A stretch of DNA of 64,000 nt from Octopus vulgaris (Eukaryota), in NCBI GenBank assembly GCA_951406725.2, contig OX597839.1, positions 806,001-870,000 on the forward strand. The letters are read 5' to 3'. A program made the position numbers and the translations under genes. Under the pieces are notes generated by a model that worked only from the letters and a program-made list of their open reading frames with translations, searched no databases and was not told where the DNA came from. Each line of letters starts with the position of its first letter. The stretch's first letter is position 1. Of this stretch, positions 47,624 through 61,300 are shown one piece after another.

Positions 47624-49057
47624 TGGCATGCAAAGAGAGAGCTATATATTCTGAAGCAAATTTGAGAGGCATTCATTTCTGTAATTGATTTAAAGCACTG
47701 TCTTGACGAGAACCAAACTTTCCAAGCAACACAACACATCTCTATATCTACAATTAAGGTAATTTCCTATAATAGCTTCATAATAGCTTTTATAATTTTA
47801 GAGATCATTTTAATATGAGTCTACACACACACACACACACACACACACGCATATTTTGGTTAAAGTAGCGAAAATATGAAACAATTAGTGAAAGCATGCA
47901 AATGTTACACACCTACTTCAACATTCACGACGCATACCTGCTAGTTTGAATAATCCTGAAGAACACTCCTTATACATATACATATACATGTTGGCCACAC
48001 GTTACCGAGTGTTTCAATATTTAATAACTCCCTTATTTCAACTAGCAGGTGTATGAAATTTTAGTTCAACATAGAGAAGGCAAATTAGGTTACTTTGCAT
48101 TAGCACTTTTCATCACACCTCTGCATTACGTATGAAGTATGACATCTTTATAATGTCCTCCATTTTCAGCATCGCGATCCAGTACTTTTTCCAAAAAATG
48201 TTCCATGTCAGTTGTAGTTCAGGGCCCAGTTTCCTGATTTCTCGAGGGATATTCTTCTTCGATTGCTCTGGGTTTCTTGTCTGTTGGCATAAATCAACTC
48301 CTTGCAGTATCCCCAAAGGAAAATTTCACTGCTGGCTAAGTCGTGGGAAAGCGATGGTCAGTTGTCATCGGAATAGCTAGGGATGATTCTTTCTCCAAAA
48401 GATTGTTTCAGCAATCTTATTGTTTCTCTTGCTTTATGATCACTTAGCCTTTCTTCATAGAATCACATATCTGGCCTATTTTGAATGACCGTTGACAAAA
48501 TGCTCTCCGTCATGGAACTGTACCTCTCACCAGTCACAGTGATAGTTTTCCTATCACCGTCCTCAAATAAATAAGGCACGATTATCTCATCCATCGTAAT
48601 TGCACACCAAACTGTACACTTTATGGAATGAAACTCTCTTTGATGTTCTGCACTTGGATTCTCATATTCCCCCAACCAGGCAATTTTGACTGTTTATGAA
48701 CCCAATCAAATGAAAGTGAGCTTCATCAGACATGATCAATATTTGTGTAAAATTTGGGTCATTTCGTGCCAATTTCTGGATTCCCACCGCCTGTATCCAT
48801 AATTCTCAGGCTACAGCTGTTGAACCGACTGCACCTTGTGTAGAAAAACGGTTTCACCACTTGGATGTGCTGTGCGGTGCCATAAATTTCTATAACTAAT
48901 TTTCAGAACGTAGTCCATGGAATCCCTGAAAAGAACAGAAAAAGTTTTTGAAAAATGAAAGAATTCTAAAAAAATTGCAATTCCTCAGTGACTTTTAGGC
49001 CACCCTGAATATATATAAATATATATATATATGCATGCCTACATACATATATATATA

Positions 49058-50608
49058 TAAGCACTGTTGGAAAGACCTTTGCCCGCGTTATCCTGGCCAG
49101 GCTACAACTATTTGCTTCTCGAATATATCCGGAACGCAGTGTGGCTTTAGAAGAAGCAGATCAACAATCGCTATGATATTCTCCGTACGCCAACTTCAGG
49201 AGGAGTCCAGAGAGCAGAAAATGCCATTATGTATGGCCTTCATTGATCTAACAAAGGCCTTTGACTCGGTAAGCAGAACAGGCCTCTTCATCCAGCTCCA
49301 AAAAATCGGATGTCCACCAAAGCTGCTGAGGATCATCAAGTCTTTCCATGATGACATGCAAGGCACCATACAGCACAACGGTTCAACATCAGCCGCCTTC
49401 CAAATAAAAAAAACGGGGTAAAGCAAGGTTGTGTCCTCGCTCCTACATTGTTTGGCATCTTCTTCTCGCTCTTACTCTCACATGTCTTTCAGACATCAGA
49501 TGATGGAGTGTTTCTGCACAGTAGAAGTGACGGGAAACTGTTCAATCTCTGGCGCCTGCGTGCCAAGACCAAAATCAGAAACGTCATGATCAAGGAGATG
49601 CTATTTTCTGATGATGCCGCTCTGGTATCACACACAGAAGAAGCCCTCCAAAGACTCATTAACTGTTTTGAGCAAGCATGTAACGAATTTGGTTTAGCTA
49701 TCAGCCTTAAGAAGACCAACATCATGGGTCAGGTTACATCGGACATCCCAAACATACATATTGGAGACCACAGATTACAAGAGGTGGAGAAGTTTACCTA
49801 TCTTGGCTCTACCGTTACCTACAACCTATCCTTTGACGCTGAGCTCAATATACGCATTGGCAAGGCAGCTGCTGCGATGGCCCAACTCTCCAAACGAGCT
49901 TGGGACAACAATAAGCTGACAAAGACCACGAAAATGAAGATCTATCAGGCATGTGTACTTAGCACTCTACTGTATGGAAGTGAGACTTGGACGCTATACA
50001 CACGCCAAGAGCGTCGCCTAAACATCTTTCACCTACGCTGCCTCCGGAAAATCCTCCTAATCAAATGGCAGAATCATACCCCCAACAAAGATGTCCTCAG
50101 GCAAGCAGGAATACCAAGCATGTTTGCACTCCTCCCACAAAGACGTATGAGATGGCTTGGGCATGTTAGCCGTATGAAAGATGGCAGGATCCCCAAGGAC
50201 ATATTCTACGGAGAGCTTGCTAGGGGTACTAGGTCTGGGGGTAGACCGTTCTTACGTTACAAGGATGTTTGCAAAAGGGACATGAAGGCCTGCAACATCA
50301 ATATTAGCGGTTGGGAGGCAGTTGCCGGCAACCGTGGAGACTGGCGACGTACCGTAAAAGAGGGAATACAAAGGAGTGACAGAGAGAGAGAGGAGAAATG
50401 GAAAGACAGAAAAGACGTCAACAAGAAACTATGGCATTACAACCAGCCAGGAACAGTCTCCGCTACATTTGCGGTACCTGCCAGAGGGAGTGTTTGTCCA
50501 GGAATGGCTACACAGGCACTGCAGGAAATGTATCAGGGCATGAAATGTAAAAGCCGGACTAGACTACTTTGTGCGCAACGCCATTGTCTCCCGAGACAAA
50601 AAGTATGC

Positions 50609-50616
<8 letters not shown>
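49058..50616 (+). mobile_element. 5'-truncated RTE-clade LINE, duplicate of 25582-27104
   Basis: 387-aa ORF 49448-50611 with the same RT motifs; same truncation point. Confidence 0.95.
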
Positions 50617-50655
<39 letters not shown>

Positions 50656-50740
50656 TACATATGCACATGTATATAAACATAAATATATATATATACATAC
50701 ACACATATATATACATATATAAACACATACTTACATGCAA

Positions 50741-50778
<38 letters not shown>

Positions 50779-51483
50779 TATGCAACAGATATTTCAAGAA
50801 ATACTTGGTAATTTAATACAACAGCTCTAATCTACAGTAATCAAATGTTATAATAGAAAAAGGTTGTGCATATCCTTTCAATAAGATCATTGAATGAATC
50901 CACCTTCAGCTTCAATGGCTGTTGCAATGCAAAGGATTCTTTGAAGAGTTTGGGCTGTATTGCCATTATTGATTTCAGGTATCTCGTGGACAATGTTGAT
51001 CTTTATGGAATTTGCGGTATTGTGAAGATTCGACAAGAAGCCCTTGGGATTGAAATCTGATTGCTCTTAGAGGTCAGATGTTTGGTGTTATATGATTGGA
51101 AATAATTTATGACCTCCATTATTGAGTTACCTGAATGTTTTGAGAAAATGCTGATTTTGTATAGTTATCCTCTTCGCACTTCTTTCCTCCAAGGCTCAAC
51201 AATATTCCCCAAAATTTCAAATTGTAAGGCCCTGTGGAAAGTGTGTTTTAACATGACCTCTCATAATCACGTCCCCTAAATACATCACATTTGCTGGAAA
51301 CTTAGCGTGCATCAATCTGACGCCAGCGGAAAGATCTGCACGTAACCATTTGTTATTTCTGTTGTTACACTTCTGATCTTGATGGAATTATTTTCATGAG
51401 GTGAGAATCAAAGCAAGTATATTGTGTATGCGAGGATTCTTGCGTCTTTGTAGACAGGAAAGAGTCTTATATCCATCATCAAC

Positions 51484-51568
<85 letters not shown>

Positions 51569-51632
51569 CCTGTCTGTCTGTCTGCCTACCTGTCTGTCTG
51601 TCTATCTGTATCTATCTATGTATCTATCTATG

Positions 51633-51692
<60 letters not shown>

Positions 51693-51701
51693 CATCCATC
51701 C

Positions 51702-51782
<81 letters not shown>

Positions 51783-53330
51783 TCTGGTTCGGTCCGGACC
51801 TCCAAATGGAGAAGAACTGGAACGAGATAATGAGTAGGGTGGTCACTCTCGCCCAGCAATGGGCCGAGAGGAAACTGTCCCTAAAAGGTCGGGCGGAGGT
51901 GGCGAAAGCGTACATCGCGTCCATCATCTACTACCGCCTGACCGTCGTACCTTGTCCCGACCCTACCATCACCAAACTAGAACGCATCCTCTTCCGCTTC
52001 TTGTGGAAAGGATGCGTCGCGATGGTCAGGCGATCCATTTGCTGTCAACACCCGTTAAAAGGAGGGCTGGGCATGCCGTGGTTGATGATGCGCAGACACG
52101 CGCTGAGACTGCGACATCTCCGGCTCTATGTAGACGACGGTGAACAGGTGTGGTCGCCGTTTGTGAGGCACGCATTCCCGCAACTTGTCTCCATGACCGA
52201 ACTGCAGTCGTGGATCAAAAAGAGGCCGAGGAAGGGCGAATGGCACCGCGAGTGTCGCGTTGCTCTCAAGCAACTCTGCCGCCCGGGTCGACCTTGAGTG
52301 ACTTCAACACAACCAAAGCATTCTATAGGGGATTAGTGGAGGGGAGGTACAACGACGATCTCGGGGCAAACCTGGGCGTCGACGAGGAATACCTGACCCG
52401 CCTGTTTCAAACGACTTTCGGCCCGGGACCTATGGACAACTTCCAGAGATCCCTGGCCTGGCGGTGCTACCAAGAAGCGCTACCCGTTCGGGATAAGCTC
52501 TATAGGATGGCTCGAGAAACACGGGGCCGACCTGCCCGAGATGCGGGCAGAGCGACGAAACCGCTCTGCACGCAATCGTGCAGTGTCCAGCAATTTCCCA
52601 CCTGTGGGCTTATGTCGAACGACTGCTGTCACGTGTGGGACGTGTCGGTTTATCAGCCGAGCCTATCGTTAATATCGTCACGCCTTCTTCCTTCAAACGG
52701 GAAGGAAGAGCTATTTTTATCATACTTGTGGCTATGGCGAAAGAATGTATCTGGTGGACGCGCCTGAAAGGATTAGAGACAAACACTTTCCTCTCTGGTC
52801 AATCCCTCATCAACTTCTTCAAGTATCACTTGAGGAGGAAAGTGAGAGTAGAGAGGCAAGTTTTGTCTAGTGAATGTTTTAAAAAAGATGGGTGAATGTA
52901 GCAAGGATGGCACGTATGAATGACGAAGCCACCTTGACTATGATTCTATGAACCATAAAAATTAATACAGAGAGTTGCTTATTTGCAAAAAGAAAAAAAA
53001 TAAAAAATAAAAGAAAGAAATATAACATGTGACTTCATTGACCGAAGTTACCGGGGTCTTTTCCGTAGGCTTTTCTTTCCACGGGTAAACCTCACCTGTC
53101 CTCCCCTTTACACTTCATATTGACATTTCTGTGATAACGATCCCTATTGATCAATTTTTTTTCCTCTCCCCCTTTTTTTTTAACCCCCCTTTTTTGTCCT
53201 CTTTCTCTCCATTTACGATCCCTTTTGATCGAAACTCCCCCCTTCCTTTTTTTTTTAAACTTTCAAAAGAAAAGCTCTACCTTGTAATTTGTTCTATCTG
53301 TGTGCAGCCCTGTGTGGCTAATAAAGAAAC
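51783..53330 (+). mobile_element. 5'-truncated L1/Tx1-clade LINE inserted in (TCTA)n
   Basis: [31 protein letters not shown] and frameshifted zinc-knuckle region; GC-rich body; pyrimidine-rich 3' UTR ending AATAAAGAAAC. Confidence 0.9.
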
Positions 53331-53331
53331 A

Positions 53332-53396
<65 letters not shown>

Positions 53397-53483
53397 CTCT
53401 ATCTATCTGTCTGTCTGTCTGTTTGTCTGTCTATCTATCTATCTATCTATATATCTATCTATCTATCTATCTATTTATCTCTC

Positions 53484-53559
<76 letters not shown>

Positions 53560-53672
53560 TAAATCTATCTAACTAGGTAGCTAGCTAGCTATCTGTCTAT
53601 ATATTTGACTGCCTGTCTAGCTATCAAACTCTATCTGTATGTATATATATATATATATTCTCATGGTTTCAG

Positions 53673-53845
53673 GTGAATTGGAAAATACGGAAGCCGAGTT
53701 TGGATGTATGGAATCTTATATGGAAAAAATGGCTGCACTCCAGTTATGATTCATACCAGGTGATCATGTAACAATGTCCGATGACATAAGTTCATTAAAG
53801 ATGTTACAAAAAAAACATGGAGGATGGTACCTTGGTATGGAATTC
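53673..53845 (+). pseudogene. Exon of Mind bomb/MIB2-like gene copy B (putative exon 2): first half of Mib repeat 1, with in-frame TGA
   Basis: tttcAG|...|GTaggt boundaries, phase 1/0. Translates (G)ELENTEAEFGCMESYMEKMAALQL*FIPGDHVTMSDDISSLKMLQKKHGGWYLGMEF, matching the Mib repeat pattern FxxGDxVxxxxDxxxxKxLQxxHGGWxxxM. TGA at 53747-53749. Confidence 0.8.
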
Positions 53846-54778
53846 GTAGGTGTTGGTTTCTCTCTCTTTTTGCATTATGCTATTTGATCTCTGTTAATTG
53901 ATGTTATTCATGCAATAATAATAATAATAATAATTTCCACTATTGATACAAGGCCTGTAATTTAGGGTAGGAGAAGAGTAGATTACCTCGACCCCAGTAC
54001 TCAGCTAGTATCTCTTTATCGACCCCGGAACGATAAAAGGCAAACTCAGAACGAAAAGACAAACAAAATGCCGCTAAGCTTTTCGATCAACATTCTCATG
54101 TCGTCTCTTGTTTTTCTGCTGTACCAAAGAGTTATATTCACATACAATATGGCTTGTGGTTTCTCCAAACTTACCATACATTCTGCAGAATGGCGACTCA
54201 ATTGTTTTGTCAATATGGAATTTTACGAAATAGTTCTTAATGCTTGCACAGACACGAAATTTCGTCCCTTTTTTCAAATCTCCCTTATTCGTCCAAGACA
54301 ATCAGTCTGGTCACAAATATGAGTCGAATTATGTTCAAGTGTCAAGTATCTAACGCGTTTGCATGCACATGGGACAGAACGAAGTTAGTTACTACTTAAT
54401 AATGCTGAAAGTTTAGTGACAACAAAAACTGAACAGATTTTTGGTCAATCCAATATAAAATGAATTCCATTTTCAAAATTTGAATTTCATGTCATCTTGA
54501 CCGTCAGGGAAGAAATTTTATAACTCGGTGTATCTGTCCTTCCATTGCCATCGGTAATACATATGAAAAATAACTCCACGTTTGTTAGAATAAATGTGTG
54601 ATAAAAACAATTATTGCCTGACAATTTCAGTGATATGAAACTCGCGGTATTGGAAAGGAATTCAGCTTACACAAAGTATAATATTACATATTTTGAATTG
54701 TCTCTCCCACGTTCATTTGATAAAAATATACGTTTCAATTCCTTACGCATACACATACACACAAACAAACATGCTCAC

Positions 54779-54832
<54 letters not shown>

Positions 54833-55925
54833 TGGCAGAGTATCCTATATCCGAAAAAGAAAAAAAATGTAATGCGTTTATATCAAGTTAAACATATGTC
54901 CGGTCATAGAGTGACCTAGGGTTTCGGATCCATAAAGCGCTTAGCTTTATAGGTAGGAGACTAGTCTGACTGCAATAGCCGTGGGCATATGAGCTTTCTT
55001 CAAACAGAGGTAAGAAAACTGTTACGGTCAGTTGATTTGTAAACAAACGAATAATATACACTGTCTGGTCCTAAAACGGGACGAGTTATCTCTAATGGAG
55101 CGGTCCAGTTACCAAATCTTACGGACCCAAAGGTTGAACTGGAAATCTTCACACTTAAGCTGGTTTTAGCTTGCAAGTGCTTTGTACAGCCCCAATCGAC
55201 CTACGTGGAATCGCATGCATGTAGGAGGTAGCGTTTGAAATGGGATCAAGTACTATAGATCTTGTGTCTTGAGTTTAAGAAGAGATCCCGGATCCAGTGC
55301 ATTTCGATCAGCATCCTTGCCCGCTCTGTTATGCAAAGCTTGCGTCGTCCACTTCTGTTTATATAGGACTCCAGTTGTCCTATGATCCACCATCTAATTT
55401 CATGTTGAGTTCTTTCATCCTTAAGGCACCACACATGGCTGGTTAGGGATGTAATGTAACCTCTCACTGGAACTTTAAAAGTGGGCTTGCGGTTGTACAT
55501 ATCTCGCTTAAAAGTAGTTCTGGCCGGCTCGTGTTCACGCCTCTAGTAGATCTGCTGTTGGTGCCGGACCTATATTGTTGCTTTCGTTCTTATTGTTGTT
55601 AGAGCTATAGTCGGTTCCGTGGGTCCAGCGATATTGTTGTAGTTGTTGCCATTGCAGTAGTCATCTCTGGCCCTAGTGCTGGTGTTGCTAATGCTGTGAC
55701 CAAGAATGTAGCTGCCAGAATATTATCGGAACAAAACTATCGCCCCCGTTCTCATTTGAAATGCTACTTGACGTAATAATTTTCTACCACCTGTTTGAAG
55801 AGTGGTTATATATCCACGGCCATTGGAGTCTAACAAGAGGTCTATAAAACTAAGTGTTTTATGGAAGTGAGACCATTTATCACTGTATGAACAAGCATGT
55901 ATTTAACTGCATGTATATATGTATG

Positions 55926-55981
<56 letters not shown>

Positions 55982-56157
55982 ATAAATATTAGGGAATAAA
56001 TCCAAATTTACAGGGAAAAAATCAGATTTAGGATTAAATCCAATTTTATAGTAAAATATTATATAATATTAATTAGAGACAAAACCACTATTTTGCAAAA
56101 CAAACATGGAAAGACTTAATCAATACATAAAATTTTAATAAAAAGTCAAAAAAACCG

Positions 56158-56200
56158 CCACTACAATTGTTTCTTGTCCTGATCGACAATCTTCAGGTGG
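56158..56200 (-). ncRNA. Minimal type I hammerhead ribozyme (mirror copy)
   Basis: Exact reverse complement of 60225-60267. Confidence 0.8.
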
Positions 56201-59200
56201 ACTTCCAATCTAAAATATCAATATTTTAAAATATAGAAAATAATAATTTTAAAATAATTAAAGTATCAATGAAAAATATAAATATATAATCTATATATAA
56301 CCTATATATAATCCATATATAATCAATATATAAACAATATATAAACTAAAATAAACCTATCAACAATTAAATATAAAACAAAATAAAAATAAACTATATA
56401 TACACCCATACACATATAACTAATTATATATAACCATATCTAAATACATACACTAAATCACACACCTATATATATATCTCTATACATACACATAAAAACG
56501 TCTAGGCAACGATAAATAAATAAAATAGCCAAATACTTCAACACAATACTTATTCATACTCTCTCACACACACATACAACCCACATTCATAAACAATATA
56601 CGTATACCCGCTCACACATACATATACAAACATACAGAACTCGATATATACACCAATATATTCACACCCACAACTATACAGATAAATAAATTACGCAAAT
56701 AATCCCCCCCACACACACACCCATTCACACATACATAAACACTCAAAAGCAAAATAAATAATTCTTTGCACATGTTGATCGAACGTTTTTTTTAAAATTA
56801 TAAATGGAATAATATATAATCAACTTAAATATACAGAATCTACTACAAAACACCAATAAACGATCATGATAAATGAAACCCATATACATATTATGATAAA
56901 ACTCCCCCTACCATACACAATTATACCTATATAGCAAACCCATATACACATTCACACACAAATATACATACGTAAAACACACACACGCAACATATACGTA
57001 TACCCCTCCCATATACATATGCATACCTACTAAACTCGACATATACAACAATATTCTCACACCCACACACATACAGATAAATAAATTACGCAACCAAAAT
57101 ACGCACACACACACACATTCCCACATACATAAACACTCAAAAGAAAAACAACAATACTACACATAATACGATATATAAAATACTTTATAAGTAACCAGAA
57201 TATCAAAAGTAACAAGATTAACATAATGAGAAAAAATATACATACTTTCAAGTCAGTTTCAAATTATGAAGTGAAATTAAATTCTATCCGTTAAAAACGT
57301 CAAACAAATTTACGTTACCATAGGAACCTAACATATGTATAAAAAATATTCCCGCTCTGGAAACGAACATCATTTAAAATTATGAATGGAGAAATGGAAT
57401 AAATGGAATTAAAAATTATATTCACGTGGTTTTTTGGTTGTGTAGTTTGTTTATCTGAGTGTGAGTGGGTGTGAGCGTATTGTTGTGGATGTCGAGTTTG
57501 GTACGTATGTATATGGGTGTGTGTGTGTGTGGGGGGGGTGTAAGTATGTGTTGTGTGTGTGTGTTTTGCGTATGTGTGTTTGTGTGTATATATATGGATG
57601 TATATATGGGGATTGCTATGTGGGTGTAGTTGTGTATGGAGGGGGGAGTTTTGTCATTGTATGGGTGTGGGTTTCATTTGTCATGGTGGTTTGTTGGTGA
57701 TTTGTGGTATGTTCTGTATATTTGGGTTAGTTATGTATTGTTCTTGTGTGTGCAATGTTATACATGTATGATTGGTGTGCGTGGGATTGCGCCCATTTTT
57801 TGGGGATGTATGTGTTTATTTGTCCGTGTGGGGTGGGAGTGGTTTTTTGGTGTATATGTTGAGGTTTATATGTAATTATAGGTATGTGTGAATGAGGGGG
57901 TATTTGTATTTGTCATGGGTGTGTGGTTTACGTGTGTGTATTTGTGTGTGAATGTATAGGTTAAAGCGATTGCTATATAGGTATGTTATAGAGTTTAGTA
58001 AAGGGAGGTTTTATCATTTATGTTTTTATGAGTTTTAATTTATCATGGTAGTTTTATTAAAGAATTCGTAGTAATTTATGTCTTTTTATGATATTACATT
58101 ATTCCATTCATAATTTTTAAGTAATGTTCGTTTACCGCGTGAATATAATTTTTAATTCCATTTATTCTATTTCTCCATTCATAATTTTATATGACGTTTG
58201 TTTCCATAGCGCGAATTCTTTTTATACATATGTTAGGTTCCTATGGTAACGTAATTTTGTTTGACGTTTTTAACGGCTTAGAATTTAATTTCACTTCATA
58301 ACTTGAAACTGACTTGAAAGTATGTATAATTTTTCTCCTTATGTCATCTTGTTACTTTTGATATTCTGGTTACTTATGAAGTATTTTATATATCGTATTA
58401 TGTGTAATAATGTTGTTTTTCTTTGGAGTGTTTATGTATGTGGGAATGTGTGTGAGTGTGTGCGTATTTTAGTTGTATAATTTATTTATCTGTATGAGTG
58501 TGGGTGTGTAAATATTGTTGTATATATCGAGTTTAGTGAGTATGTATATGTATATGTGAGGGTGTATATGTATATGTTGTGTGTGTGTGTTTTACGTATG
58601 TATATTTGTGTGTGAATGTGTATATGGGTTTGCTATATAGGTCTGGGGATGTATGTGTTCATTTATCTGTGTGGGGTGGGAGTGGGTTTTTGGTGTATAT
58701 ATTGAGGTTTATACGTATGTATAGGTATGTGTGAGTGAGGTGGGTATTTTTATATGTCGTGGGTGTGGTTTACGTGTGTGTATTTGTGTGTGAATGTTTA
58801 GGTTAGGGGGATTGTTATATAGGTATGTTATAGAGTTTAGTAAAGGGAGATTTTATCATCATATGTTTTTATGAGTTTTAGTTTATCATGGTAGTTTTAT
58901 TAAAGAATTCGTAGTAATTTATGTCTCTTTACGATGTTTGTTATTTTATTACATTATTTCATTCATAATTTTTAAGTAATGTTTGTTTTACCACGTGAAT
59001 ATAATTTTTAATTCCATTTATTCCATTTCTCCATTCATAATTTTAAATGATGTTCGTTTCCAGAGCGGGAATATTTTTTTATACATATGTTAGGTTCCTA
59101 TGGTAACGTAAATTTGTTTGACGTTTTTAACGGATAGAATTTAATTTCACTTCATAATTTGAAACTGACTTGAAAGTATGTATATTTTTTCTCATTATGT

Positions 59201-60224
59201 TAATCTTGTTACTTTTGATATTCTGGTTACTTATGAAGTATTTTATATATCGTATTATGTGTAGTAATGTTGTTTTTCTTTTGAGTGTTTATGTATGTGG
59301 GAATGTGTGTGTGTGTGTGCGTATTTTGGTTGCGTAATTTATTTATCTGTATGTGTGTGGGTGTGAGAATATTGTTGTATATGTCGAGTTTAGTAGGTAT
59401 GTATATGTATATGGGAGGGGTATACGTATATGTTGTGTGTGGGTGTTTTACGTATGTATATTTGTGTGTGAATGAGTATATGGGTTTGCTATATAGGTGT
59501 AATTGTGTATGGTAGGGGGAGTTTTATCATAATATGTATATGGGTTTCATTTATCATGATCGTTTATTGGTGTTTTGTAGTAGATTCTGTATATTTAAGT
59601 TGATTATATATTATTCCATTTATAATTTTTAAAAAAACGTTCGATCAACATGTGCAAAGAATTATTTATTTTGCTTTTGAGTGTTTATGTATGTGTGAAT
59701 GGGTGTGTGTGTGGGGGGGATTATTTGCGTAATTTATTTATCTGTATAGTTGTGGGTGTGAATATATTGGTGTATATATCGAGTTCTGTATGTTTGTATA
59801 TGTATGTGTGAGCGGGTATACGTATATTGTTTATGAATGTGGGTTGTATGTGTGTGTGAGAGAGTATGAATAAGTATTGTGTTGAAGTATTTGGCTATTT
59901 TATTTATTTATCGTTGCCTAGACGTTTTTATGTGTATGTATAGGGATATATATATATAGGTGTGTGATTTAGTGTATGTATTTAGATATGGTTATATATA
60001 ATTAGTTATATGTGTATGGGTGTATATACAGTTTATTTTTATTTTGTTTTATATTTAATTGTTGATAGGTTTATTTTAGTTTATATATTGTTTATATATT
60101 GATTATATATGGATTATATATAGGTTATATATAGATTATATATTTATATTTTTCATTGATACTTTAATTATTTCAAAATTATTATCTTTTATATTTTAAA
60201 ATATTGATATTTTAGATTGGAAGT

Positions 60225-60267
60225 CCACCTGAAGATTGTCGATCAGGACAAGAAACAATTGTAGTGG
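60225..60267 (+). ncRNA. Minimal type I hammerhead ribozyme
   Basis: CCAC CUGAAGA UUGUC-gaucag-GACAA GAA AC-aauu-GU A GUGG: stems I and II, palindromic stem III, GUA cleavage triplet. Confidence 0.8.
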
Positions 60268-60353
60268 CGGTTTTTTTTACTTTTTATTAAAATTTTATGT
60301 ACTGATTAAGTCTTTCCATTTTTTGTTTTGCAAAATAGTGGTTTTGTCTCTAA

Positions 60354-60450
<97 letters not shown>

Positions 60451-60464
60451 TGTATATATACATA

Positions 60465-60499
<35 letters not shown>

Positions 60500-60981
60500 T
60501 AAAGATTATTTGCCAAATTAATGTGTCAGTCCTGATTAAGACGAATGTTTCTGTTATTTAACCCCAGCTGGTGACGCACTAACCTCGTCCTTATATTTCC
60601 GATCAAGGGAGTTTAGTGTCCCCACCCAACTGTAAAGCTTTAGAGTTGAGCGGGGACATGAAACTCCCTTGTCCGAAAATACAAGGACGTAGTTAGTGCG
60701 TCGAAAGCCAGCTGAAGAGAATGTCTCTTTGGGCTAAATAATAGTAACATTCGTTCTAACCAGGACTGCCATATTATGCTGGTAAATAATCATTACTCTA
60801 GAGTACTGTTACTGAATGTCTCTCGTTCAGAGATTTAGAAATAAGTTTTATATATATATATATATATATATAAGTTTTATATATATATATATATACAACA
60901 CAAACACACGTTCGCACGCACGCACACACACATACACACACACATACACACACATGCACACACACACACATATACACACAT

Positions 60982-61045
<64 letters not shown>

Positions 61046-61186
61046 ATGTGTGTGTGTGTGTGTGCATGTGTGTGTATGTGTGTGTGTATGTGTGTGTGCG
61101 TGCGTGCGAACGTGTGTTTGTGTTGTATGTGTGCGTGCCTATCTATGTATATGTTTGTAATCTTTGTTTAATACATTTATGTTCAG

Positions 61187-61300
61187 TTTATAGGTAAAGT
61201 TGGTATTGTTGAACGTGTAAATGATGGAGGCAATGTGTTAGTGAAATACGCAAATCATAATAACCGAAAATTGTGCTTAAATCCGGACGCTCTGAAGAAG
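61187..61300 (+). CDS. Exon of MIB-like gene copy B (putative exon 3): second half of Mib repeat 1
   Basis: ttcAG|114 nt|GTtagt, phase 0/0, in frame with the 53673 exon. FIGKVGIVERVNDGGNVLVKYANHNNRKLCLNPDALKK matches xGKVGxVxxxxxxGDVxVxY...NPxALxK. Confidence 0.8.

Larger units (their letters stand above)
55980..60362. mobile_element. 4.4-kb Penelope-like foldback element with ~1.35-kb inverted arms
   Basis: ~56070-57430 is the reverse complement of ~58990-60360; internal direct repeats; strong CA/GT strand skew; flanked by (TA)n; hammerhead motif in each arm. Confidence 0.8.

Noticed and set aside
49448-50611. Functional reverse transcriptase gene
   Set aside because: 5'-truncated, frameshifted at both ends and lacks the endonuclease domain.
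57430-58990. Telomeric or G-quadruplex array
   Set aside because: GT-rich but with no regular TTAGGG-type unit; internal part of the foldback element.
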